Positions 35,645 to 43,600 of a DNA stretch of 64,000 bases are shown in pieces; the stretch's first letter is position 1; each line of letters starts with the position of its first letter. The DNA is from an uncultured Verrucomicrobiota bacterium (GTDB lineage Bacteria > Verrucomicrobiota > Verrucomicrobiia > Limisphaerales > UBA8199), in NCBI GenBank assembly GCA_942493075.1, contig OW818681.1, forward strand, positions 5,379,509 through 5,443,508, read 5' to 3'. Both the position numbers and the translations under genes were made by a program. The notes under the pieces were generated by a model. That model was not told the DNA's origin. It did not search any database and saw only the letters and a list, made by a program, of their open reading frames with translations.

Positions 35645-37543
35645 ATGGACCGATCCTATTCCTTCACCCGAACGCTGCCCGTTTTTCTTGGCATTGCATG
35701 GATGCTGCTCTCAGGCGTGCCCGCCGTTAACGGAGCTCCGAACACCAATACCCCAACACAGATCCAGGAACGCCTCAAGCAGGCCCCGGCACATCCCCGC
35801 CTGTTTTGGTTAGCCTCAGACGAAGCGCGTGTTCGGAAAAATCTGACAGGAGAGCCCCGATTGCAGGACGCATGGGACGCAGTGCGGATTACCGCAGACC
35901 ACATGCTAAAGGAGCCGCCGGTAGTCTATCGCAAGGATGGACGCCGTCTCCTGGGCCGGTCGCGTGAGGCGCTAGGGCGGGTGATGCACCTGGGTTTCGC
36001 CTATCGAATGACCCACGATCGACGCTACGCGGAGCGGGCCATTAAAGAAATGGAAGCCATGGCGGAGATGCCAGATTGGAACCCGTCTCACTTTCTGGAT
36101 ACGGCTGAGATGACCCTTGCAATGGCGGTGGGTTACGACTGGCTCTACTCGATGTTGACGGTTGAACAGCGTCACAAGGCCCGCATGGCTATCGAGGAAA
36201 AGGGGTTGAAACCTTATCTGGAAGCAAAGTCACGTCATTGGTGGGAGAAAGGTGGAAACAACTGGAACCAGGTTTGCCACGCTGGAATGGTTTCCGGCGC
36301 GCTCGCGTTGCTGGAGGATGACTCCGAACGTGCCGTGCAGGTGGTGAGTCGCGCGCTGGCCGGGTTGCCGCATGCCATGAAAGTGTATGAGCCTGATGGC
36401 ACCTATCCCGAAGGACCCGGTTACTGGAATTACGGGACCACATTTAATGTGCTGCTGATCGAGATGCTCGAATCCGTATGCCGAACAGATTTTGGCCTTA
36501 GCCAGAGCCCCGGTTTTCTGAAGTCGGGCGAGTTCATGTTGCAGATCATGGGGCCGACTCGCCGCACCTATAACTTCAGCGATTGCGGCACGGGCACAGG
36601 CTTTTCGCCTGGCATGGCATGGTTTGCCGCTCGCGCAGGCCGCCCGGAATGGCTTTCGTACGAATGGGAACTGCTTGCCGAACAGGTTCAAAGGACCAAG
36701 GCCAGCCAGGGTAGAAACCAGGGCGAACGGTATTTTCCATTGGTGCTGACCTGGGCGAAGCCCCCGTTCAAGAATGACTTCCCACGCGAGCTGAATTGGC
36801 TCGGCAAAGGACAGAACTCCATTGCCGTGTTGCGCAGTTCCTGGACCAATCCAAACGCCACCTACCTTGCGATCAAAGCCGGAACGCCTGGCGCCAGCCA
36901 CGGGCATATGGATGTGGGTTCGTTTGTGCTCGATGCCTTGGGCGAGCGCTGGTCGCTCGATTTAGGCGCAGAGGATTATAATAAACTGGAGCAGCGCGGG
37001 ATCGGGCTCTGGAACAACAAGCCGGGGTCAGATCGCTGGCGCATCTTCCGTTATCATACCCGCGCACACAGCACCCTGATGGTAAATGATGCTGAGCAGG
37101 TGGTGTCCAGCAAGGCTCCCATTTCGGCGTTCTCTGCACGGCCCAGCAACGCCTACACAGAAGTTGATTTAACCGAGACCTACGCTGGACAACTCAAGCG
37201 GGCCAATCGCCGGTTTTCTTTGGCTGCTGATCAAAGCGTGACGATTGAAGACATGTTGACCGGTGGAACGGAACCCGCCCAGGTGCGCTGGGGAATGACC
37301 ACGACAGCCGAACTCAAGGCGGATGGCTCGAATGCCGCGTGGCTGGTAAAGAACGGCAAACGGCTTCGGATGGAGGTGAAGTCCCCCGAATCCGTCTCCG
37401 TCCGATCGTGGCCCGCCAATCCGCCACCCAACGATTTCGATACGCCTAACCCGGGAACAAGTGTGGTGGGTTTTGTTGTCCCTCTAAAGGCCGGACAGGA
37501 GATGGTGATCAAGGTGGTGCTCACACCGGCGCAGGCGCGCTGA
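35645..37543 (+). CDS. heparinase II/III-family (polysaccharide lyase-like) protein
   Basis: Start moved to ATG 35645, giving the signal peptide 'MDRSYSFTRTLPVFLGIAWMLLSGVPAVNG'. Family motifs are 'DWNPSHFLDTAEMTLAMAVGYDWLY', 'NNWNQVCHAGMV', 'YPEGPGYWNYGT', 'HGHMDVGSFVLDALGERW' and 'YHTRAHSTLMVN'. Confidence 0.85.
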   Translation: MDRSYSFTRTLPVFLGIAWMLLSGVPAVNGAPNTNTPTQIQERLKQAPAHPRLFWLASDEARVRKNLTGEPRLQDAWDAVRITADHMLKEPPVVYRKDGRRLLGRSREALGRVMHLGFAYRMTHDRRYAERAIKEMEAMAEMPDWNPSHFLDTAEMTLAMAVGYDWLYSMLTVEQRHKARMAIEEKGLKPYLEAKSRHWWEKGGNNWNQVCHAGMVSGALALLEDDSERAVQVVSRALAGLPHAMKVYEPDGTYPEGPGYWNYGTTFNVLLIEMLESVCRTDFGLSQSPGFLKSGEFMLQIMGPTRRTYNFSDCGTGTGFSPGMAWFAARAGRPEWLSYEWELLAEQVQRTKASQGRNQGERYFPLVLTWAKPPFKNDFPRELNWLGKGQNSIAVLRSSWTNPNATYLAIKAGTPGASHGHMDVGSFVLDALGERWSLDLGAEDYNKLEQRGIGLWNNKPGSDRWRIFRYHTRAHSTLMVNDAEQVVSSKAPISAFSARPSNAYTEVDLTETYAGQLKRANRRFSLAADQSVTIEDMLTGGTEPAQVRWGMTTTAELKADGSNAAWLVKNGKRLRMEVKSPESVSVRSWPANPPPNDFDTPNPGTSVVGFVVPLKAGQEMVIKVVLTPAQAR

Positions 37544-37581
37544 GTTTCGCCACGGCAACCGGTGAGCGCTCCAGACGCACA

Positions 37582-37605
37582 AAGGGACCGCGCGAGCGGT
37601 CCCTT
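37582..37605 (-). terminator. hairpin terminator between convergent genes (AAGGGACCGC-GCGA-GCGGTCCCTT)
   Basis: 10-bp stem. On the minus strand it is followed by TTTGTG, so it fits best as the terminator of the GAF gene. Confidence 0.55.
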
Positions 37606-37631
37606 CAAAATGAACGGCTAAGTGAAGTCGA

Positions 37632-38399
37632 TTACTTCTTTGCCTTGCGTTTGGCCGGCTTCACCGCTTTGACGGCTTTGGCAGGTTCGGCGCCCTTGAG
37701 TTTGGCGATTTTGCGGTTGGCCTTCGCGAGTTCTTCACGGAGTTGCCCGACCTCCGTTCGGATGCGGCGGCCTTCTTTCTGCGCGATGCTAAGCGCCCGG
37801 GTGCGGTTGCGCAGTTCCAACTGGGACACCACGTGCCGAGCCAGGATGCGCAGCGCTTGCCGCTGGTCGGGCAGCAGATCTCGCGGCACTTTGTCGATGA
37901 CGCACAGCGTTCCAAGAGCGTAACCATCGGCGGTAATCAGAGGCGCACCGGCGTAAAAACGAATTTTGGGTTCGGACGTCACCAGCGGGTTATCGGCGAA
38001 ACGTTTGTCGCGGGTGGCGTCAGGCACGATGAACAGGTCCGTCTGTTTGATTGCATGGGCGCAGAAGGAAATGTCGCGGGAGGTTTCGCCGAGAGTGACG
38101 CCGAGCTTGGCTTTAAACCACTGGCGGTTTTCATCCACGAGGGAGATCAGGGCGATCGGCGCCTCACAAATGCGTGCGGCCAGTTCCGTCAGGTCGTCGA
38201 ATACCTCCTCTGGAACGGTATCCAGCACTTCATATTCCCACAGAACCTTGAGCCGTTTTGCTTCCAATCGATTAGGCGATACACTCATGTTTTTAGGTGG
38301 ATGCGTGCAGGCTGGCAGGTGCAAACAATCCGTCATGCTCCGCCGATCCTGCAACTGATCCAAGGCGCTGAGGATGCGCTCCCCGTGCGCTAAAGTCAA
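37632..38399 (-). CDS. GAF-domain protein with a coiled coil and a Lys/Ala/Pro-rich histone-H1-like tail
   Basis: 'VLDTVPEEVFDDLTELAARICEAPIALISLVDENRQWFKAKLG...FCAHAI...PLVTSEPKIRFYAGAPLITADGYALGTLCVID' is a GAF domain. The C-terminus is '...LREELAKANRKIAKLKGAEPAKAVKAVKPAKRKAKK'. The start is uncertain (TTG or an internal ATG). Confidence 0.8.
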   Translation of the reverse strand: MTLAHGERILSALDQLQDRRSMTDCLHLPACTHPPKNMSVSPNRLEAKRLKVLWEYEVLDTVPEEVFDDLTELAARICEAPIALISLVDENRQWFKAKLGVTLGETSRDISFCAHAIKQTDLFIVPDATRDKRFADNPLVTSEPKIRFYAGAPLITADGYALGTLCVIDKVPRDLLPDQRQALRILARHVVSQLELRNRTRALSIAQKEGRRIRTEVGQLREELAKANRKIAKLKGAEPAKAVKAVKPAKRKAKK

Positions 38400-38488
38400 T
38401 TCTCGGGACTTTCGGGTTTCGCACTTAGAACCGTCGTGAGAGTCGATCCAGCTTGTGCCGGGCGGTTGTTGTGGTAACTTCCCCCCGC

Positions 38489-39346
38489 ATGAATCCGCAG
38501 GCCCTCGCTCGTTTGATAGGCATCGCCATTCTCATTTTTGTGGTGGTGATCATGGCGTCTTCCGGCACCTATGTGGTGCAGCCGGGCTACCGTGGCGTGG
38601 AGGTCACACTGGGACAAGTGTCGTCCGGGTTCAAGCCTGAGGGGTTCGGCCTCAAGGTCCCGATGATCACGGCTATTCGCCAGATATCCATCCGGCAGCA
38701 GACGGCCAACGAAAACGCTGAAAGCTATTCATCGGATCTTCAGCAGATAAAAGTTGAAATGAAAGTTTTGTTTCGGATTCCCGAAAGCTCCGTTGTTAAA
38801 CTGTTTCGGGAGTATGATGGGGAACCCTTCCAGAGCCTGATTGCGCCACGAGTCCATGAGGCCCTCAAGGAAGTTGTCGCTCTGCAGAGCGCCGAGCAGA
38901 TCGTCAAGAATCGCGAACAGATTAAGGCCAAGGCCTTGGAAATTGCTCGCCGCAAAATCGGCACTCTGCTGGTGGTGGAGGACATCGTCATTCAGAACAT
39001 CGCTCTGACCCGCGAACTCGAGAGCGCGATCGAGGCGAAAATGGTTCAGGAACAGGAAGCCGCTAAAAGTAAATTCCTGCAGCAACGCGCCCAGATTGAG
39101 GCCGACACCGCGGTGATTCAGGCCAAGGGTGAAGCGGAATCGATCCGCATTCGGGGACAGGCGCTGAAAGACACCCCGGCTTTTGTTGATTTAAAGATCG
39201 TTGATAAATGGGACGGGCTCACTCCGCTGGTGATCGGCGGGGGTGAAGGTCTCGTCTTCCAGCTCCAGGACTTGGAGCGCCTAAGAACCAATCCAACCCA
39301 TGCCCAACCCGCCGCGAATGCCGCGCCCGCCGTACGGCGCCGCTGA
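38489..39346 (+). CDS. SPFH/Band-7 prohibitin-like protein (paralog 1)
   Basis: Start moved to ATG 38489, giving the TM segment 'LIGIAILIFVVVIMASSG'. 'YVVQPGYRGVEVTLG', 'LIAPRVHEALKEVVALQSAEQIV' and 'VEDIVIQNIALTRELESAIEAKMVQEQEA' are also present. Confidence 0.85.
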   Translation: MNPQALARLIGIAILIFVVVIMASSGTYVVQPGYRGVEVTLGQVSSGFKPEGFGLKVPMITAIRQISIRQQTANENAESYSSDLQQIKVEMKVLFRIPESSVVKLFREYDGEPFQSLIAPRVHEALKEVVALQSAEQIVKNREQIKAKALEIARRKIGTLLVVEDIVIQNIALTRELESAIEAKMVQEQEAAKSKFLQQRAQIEADTAVIQAKGEAESIRIRGQALKDTPAFVDLKIVDKWDGLTPLVIGGGEGLVFQLQDLERLRTNPTHAQPAANAAPAVRRR

Positions 39347-39365
39347 TCCCTTTGCTCGTTACATC

Positions 39366-40172
39366 ATGCCAAGGCTGGCCGCGGTCGCCGCGGTGGTTTT
39401 TGCCTTCCTGATCCTGGCGTCCACCAGCACTTACGTGGTAGATCCCGGCACGCGGGGCATTAAGGTCACGCTGGGCAAGACCGAAACCAAGTTTTTGCCC
39501 GAAGGTTTCGGGTTTCGCACACCGTTTGTCACCCGTGTTGAATCCGTGAATGTGAAGCAACGCACGCGCAGTGTTTCTGCGAACTGCTTCTCCTCGGATA
39601 TGCAACAGGTGGAACTGGAGCTCAATGTGCTCTTCCGCGTGCCCCAGGAATCGGTCGTTCAGATTTACCGTGATTTCGCCGGTGATCCATTTGATAGCTT
39701 GATCGCCCCTCGCGTGCAGGAGGCGGTGAAAGAGGTAACCGCCATGTTGACTGCGGAGCAAATCGTCAAGAAGCGCGAGGAGATTAAAGATAAGACCATG
39801 GTTGCTGCCCGGACCAAGATCGGCACCATGCTCATGGTGGAGGACATCGTGATCAAGAATCTGGATTTGTCTCAGGAGCTTGAACGCGCCATCGAGGCAA
39901 AGATGGTGGCGGAACAGCAAGCCGTCCAGGCCAAGTTCACCCAGATCCAGACCCAAACAGAGGCAGAGACCGCTGTGATCCGCGCCCGTGGCGAAGCAGA
40001 CGCCATCCGCGCCCGCGGTGAGGCGCTGAAGCTTAATCCCGAATTTGTGCGGCTGCAGATTGTTGAACGCTGGAACGGCAAATCGCCGCTGGTCGTGCCC
40101 TCAAACCCGGGAGCAGGCCCATCCGAATTACTTCTGCCGCTTGGTGTCCCGCCCAAGCTTGTTGATCCATGA
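39366..40172 (+). CDS. SPFH/Band-7 prohibitin-like protein (paralog 2)
   Basis: Start moved to ATG 39366. By eye it is about 50-55% identical to paralog 1 ('YVVDPGTRGIKVTLG', 'LIAPRVQEAVKEVTAMLTAEQIV', 'VEDIVIKNLDLSQELERAIEAKMVAEQQA'). Confidence 0.85.
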   Translation: MPRLAAVAAVVFAFLILASTSTYVVDPGTRGIKVTLGKTETKFLPEGFGFRTPFVTRVESVNVKQRTRSVSANCFSSDMQQVELELNVLFRVPQESVVQIYRDFAGDPFDSLIAPRVQEAVKEVTAMLTAEQIVKKREEIKDKTMVAARTKIGTMLMVEDIVIKNLDLSQELERAIEAKMVAEQQAVQAKFTQIQTQTEAETAVIRARGEADAIRARGEALKLNPEFVRLQIVERWNGKSPLVVPSNPGAGPSELLLPLGVPPKLVDP

Positions 40173-40363
40173 ACCCACGGCTTCGAGCCTTGCTGCGGAT
40201 CATTGTCTTGCTGGCGATTTTTGGGGGATTACTCCTGCTTTTTCCCCGGGCGGTGGGGTTCATGGAAATGGCAGCCCGCGAACTGCGGTACTTGTGGTGG
40301 GTGGTATTGCTTGTGGCCCTGGCCATCTGGTTGATTTGGGGCATTGGCAGAAGACCGAAATAA
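40169..40363 (+). CDS. small two-TM membrane protein translationally coupled to SPFH paralog 2
   Basis: ATGA start/stop overlap with the upstream gene. The two hydrophobic helices are 'LLRIIVLLAIFGGLLLLF' and 'WWVVLLVALAIWLIWGI'. There is no OB-fold, so it is not an NfeD protein. Confidence 0.5.
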   Translation: MNPRLRALLRIIVLLAIFGGLLLLFPRAVGFMEMAARELRYLWWVVLLVALAIWLIWGIGRRPK

Positions 40364-40366
40364 AAC

Positions 40367-41194
40367 GTGAGCTCTTCGATTAAATTATCTGTAAAGCCCA
40401 AGGGGCTTTTTTGGGAAATCCCCGTGTTGTTCGAGGATGCCGATTACCTGGCACTGGACAAACCTCCAGGCCTGCCTGTCGCTTCCAACCCGGAACATCC
40501 GGAGCGGATCTGTCTGACGGATCTGCTTCATGCTGGCATTAAGGACGGCAAACCCTGGGCTGTGGAGCGAGGTCTGGATTTTCTGATGCATACGCATCGA
40601 CTGGATGCGGAAGCCTCCGGTGTTCTGCTCCTGGCGCGCAGTCGGGCGATGGTTTCCAAGACGGCCAGCGTGTTCGGCTCCGAGCTCCCCAGTTGGCGTT
40701 ATTTGGCAATCGTTAACCGCCCTCCTGATGATGATGAATTCACAGTGGATGCCGCGATTGCCACCCGGCCGGCCCCCAATGGATTCTATCGAGTGGACCC
40801 GCAACGTGGCAAAAAAGCCAAAACCCGGTTCAAGGTCCTGGAGCGTTTCTCACGTCATGCTCTGGTTGAATGCCTGCCCCTAACCGACCGTGTGCACCAG
40901 GTGCGCGCGCATCTGCGATTCCGTGGGGCACCCATCGCCGGGGACCCGCTTTACAGTGGGAAGCCTTTGTTCCTATCAAGCCTAAAGCCCGAGTATCATC
41001 TCAAGCCGAATCGAACTGAGCGCCCCCTGACTCCTCTGCCCGCGTTGCATTGCGAGGCTGTGCGTCTCATACACCCGCGCACGGGGCAATCCCTGGAAAT
41101 CACGACGCCCCCGGCGAAAGATTTTGAGGTCGCCCTCCGCTATTTGCGGCGGCATTCCAGCCCAACGAGCTTCACACCCGAGTCACCGTCATAG
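40367..41194 (+). CDS. RluA-family pseudouridine synthase
   Basis: 'YLALDKPPGLPV', the catalytic 'HRLDAEASGVLLLARS' and 'HQVRAHLRFRGAPIAGDPLY'. GTG start. Confidence 0.85.
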   Translation: MSSSIKLSVKPKGLFWEIPVLFEDADYLALDKPPGLPVASNPEHPERICLTDLLHAGIKDGKPWAVERGLDFLMHTHRLDAEASGVLLLARSRAMVSKTASVFGSELPSWRYLAIVNRPPDDDEFTVDAAIATRPAPNGFYRVDPQRGKKAKTRFKVLERFSRHALVECLPLTDRVHQVRAHLRFRGAPIAGDPLYSGKPLFLSSLKPEYHLKPNRTERPLTPLPALHCEAVRLIHPRTGQSLEITTPPAKDFEVALRYLRRHSSPTSFTPESPS

Positions 41195-41208
41195 ACGGCA
41201 GGTTCGGA

Positions 41209-42084
41209 TCATTTCTTAACAACCTCAGCCGGCAAGGTGCTGATGAAATTGTCAGATGCCGGAGCTTTGCCCGGGAGCTCGATCATGCTGCGCAGTTCGC
41301 GGCTCATCTTTGTTTCTCCTCCAGTGGCTAGATAAAACCAATTGGATGCCACACCTGCATCGATTGTTTCTTTCGCTTCCCATTCGGCTCCAGAGGCCGT
41401 GAATCGAGCCTGGCGCAAGGGCATCCATTCGTTCTTCATGGTCTTCACCCAGCCGTTGCCATAGCGGGCACGGTGGACATCCAGAGCGCTCCGATAATCC
41501 CGGCGAAAATCCTCCACAAATGAATAGTAACCGCCAAGTGGCCGCCCCTTCGTGTGCGTCCTGAAGGTCGCCAGCTTCTTCCATCCGTTGGTCACACCAA
41601 GCCATGCGGTGTAGGCTGTCTTTGTATCCTGAAGCTCGGCTGCTATCAGGAATCGGTTGGTGTGCCCAAGGACCCAGGGAAAGTTCCACATGCATTGTCC
41701 GCCCGTCCCCTCGCCTCCGAAGCGCTTGATCCGCACGCCTTCACCCTCGTAAAGGACTTCCACCCGGTCTTCGCTTTTCACCCGATTAGGGTCATCTCCG
41801 GTGGTAGGATCCCAAACAGAGAAGATAGCTACTTTTTCATCGGCACTGTTAATTTGCTGAATTCCAAAGTAACCCGTATTCCAACCGCAGGCCATGAAGT
41901 AGGAGCCATTCACCGATTTTTCCACGGCCATTTCGGTATAGAAAGCCAAGCCTTCAGGGGCCGAATATCCCAAGTGCACGGAACGAGCGGCGCGAAAATC
42001 GTTGGTGTCCTGGGCACGCCCAATTCCACCGACCAGGACTGCTGCGATTGCCAGCAGCCTCCAGGAGCGAACAATAGATATCAT
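41209..42084 (-). CDS. DUF3472/DUF5077-like secreted protein
   Basis: Start moved to ATG 42084, giving the signal peptide 'MISIVRSWRLLAIAAVLVGGIGRAQD'. 'GYFGIQQINSADEKVAIFSVWD' and 'RFGGEGTGGQCMWNFPW' are as I recall for DUF3472. Confidence 0.7.
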   Translation of the reverse strand: MISIVRSWRLLAIAAVLVGGIGRAQDTNDFRAARSVHLGYSAPEGLAFYTEMAVEKSVNGSYFMACGWNTGYFGIQQINSADEKVAIFSVWDPTTGDDPNRVKSEDRVEVLYEGEGVRIKRFGGEGTGGQCMWNFPWVLGHTNRFLIAAELQDTKTAYTAWLGVTNGWKKLATFRTHTKGRPLGGYYSFVEDFRRDYRSALDVHRARYGNGWVKTMKNEWMPLRQARFTASGAEWEAKETIDAGVASNWFYLATGGETKMSRELRSMIELPGKAPASDNFISTLPAEVVKK

Positions 42085-42107
42085 CAGTAATGCTTTCGAA
42101 GCGGTGA

Positions 42108-43490
42108 CTAAACCTCGCTCAGTTCCTGCCACAAGTGCGCGCTCATGATTTGGCCCTTGGCGAAGCAATCGAGATCAAACTTCTCGTTGGGCGAATGGGG
42201 GTTGTCGTCCGGCAAGGCCAGGCCCAGGAGCAGTGAATCCGCCTTCAGGATCTTCTTGAACGAATTCACAATGGGGATCGATCCGCCTTCCCTCATCAGG
42301 ATCGGTTTCGCCTTAAACGCAGCTTCGAGGGCCCGCAACGCGGCTTTCGCTTGCGCGCTGGTGGGGGAGACGATGTAGGGTTCCGCGCCGTGACCGGACT
42401 TGATCTCGATCGTGACCGTCGGCGGACAGAGCTTTTTCAGATAATCGCGCATCGACTTAACGATTTTCCGCGGGTCCTGGCTCGGCACGAGGCGTGTGGT
42501 GATTTTCACGCGGGCCCAGGAGGGCACGATGGTCTTGCTGCCTTCGCCCTGATACCCGCTGGTGAGGCCATTAATCTCCAATGTCGGACGCGCTGATCGA
42601 TGCTCAATGTGGTTAAAGCCTTTCTCGCCGAAGAGTTCCGGCACGCCCAGGAACTTCCGGTAATCCGCCGCCTTCGATGGGAACCGGGCGAACTCTTTGC
42701 GCTCAAAAGCTGATAGCTTCTCCACATCATCGTAGAACCCTGGGACGGTGACACGACCGTTTTTGTCTCGGAGCTTGGCCAGCAATTGGCACAAGGCCAT
42801 CGCTGGATTCTCAACTGATCCGCCGAAAATCCCCGAGTGCAGGTCGCGGGAAGGCCCATGCAAAGTGACCTCAAAAGCCGCAATGCCTCGCAATGCATAA
42901 GTCAACGCCGGATGTTTTTTATCCGGCATGCCAGTATCCGAAACAATGATTGCCTGGCACGCGAGCTCGGCACGGTTCTGTTGAAGGAACTCTCCGAGGC
43001 TCTTGCTGCCGACTTCCTCCTCACCCTCAATGACGAACGTGATGTCGCAAGGCAGTTCCGTGCCGGTTTTCAGATACGCTTCAACGGCTTTGAGGTGGGC
43101 CAGGTTCTGCCCTTTATTGTCGCTCGCGCCGCGGCCGAAGAGAGAACGGCCTTCAATGCGCGGTTCAAAAGGTGCGGATTTCCAGAGGTCGAACGGCTCA
43201 GGAGGCTGGACATCGTAGTGTCCATAAACAACAAAATGAGGCCGCTTGCTGCCGGCACGGCGAGGTGTCTTCGCAAGCACGATCGGATGACCTGAGGTGG
43301 GACAGACCCGGGCTTCAAGCCCGATGCTTTGGCAGTGGCTAACCAGCCATTCCGCGCAGCGGAGCATATCGGGTTGATGAACTGGTTGCGCCGAAACACT
43401 GGGGAACCGGACGTACTCGCACAGTTGCTCGATGAAGCGGCTCTCGTTATCCCGCAAATAGTCTAGGACAGCTTGCATGGCATTGGACAT
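42108..43490 (-). CDS. M20-family metallopeptidase/dipeptidase (ArgE/DapE/ACY1/CPG2 superfamily)
   Basis: Start moved to ATG 43490. 'HFVVYGHYDVQP', 'GRGASDNKGQ' and 'FVIEGEEEVGS' are metal-ligand and catalytic motifs of M20. Confidence 0.85.
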   Translation of the reverse strand: MSNAMQAVLDYLRDNESRFIEQLCEYVRFPSVSAQPVHQPDMLRCAEWLVSHCQSIGLEARVCPTSGHPIVLAKTPRRAGSKRPHFVVYGHYDVQPPEPFDLWKSAPFEPRIEGRSLFGRGASDNKGQNLAHLKAVEAYLKTGTELPCDITFVIEGEEEVGSKSLGEFLQQNRAELACQAIIVSDTGMPDKKHPALTYALRGIAAFEVTLHGPSRDLHSGIFGGSVENPAMALCQLLAKLRDKNGRVTVPGFYDDVEKLSAFERKEFARFPSKAADYRKFLGVPELFGEKGFNHIEHRSARPTLEINGLTSGYQGEGSKTIVPSWARVKITTRLVPSQDPRKIVKSMRDYLKKLCPPTVTIEIKSGHGAEPYIVSPTSAQAKAALRALEAAFKAKPILMREGGSIPIVNSFKKILKADSLLLGLALPDDNPHSPNEKFDLDCFAKGQIMSAHLWQELSEV

Positions 43491-43600
43491 ATCAGAACCC
43501 TGCGGGTAAACAAAGCCCAGAATTGAGGGGGAACATCTGTCCCTTCCGGGACAAGAGAAAGGCATGGAAAGGGGTCTTAAGCTATCGGCTACGGTATGGA

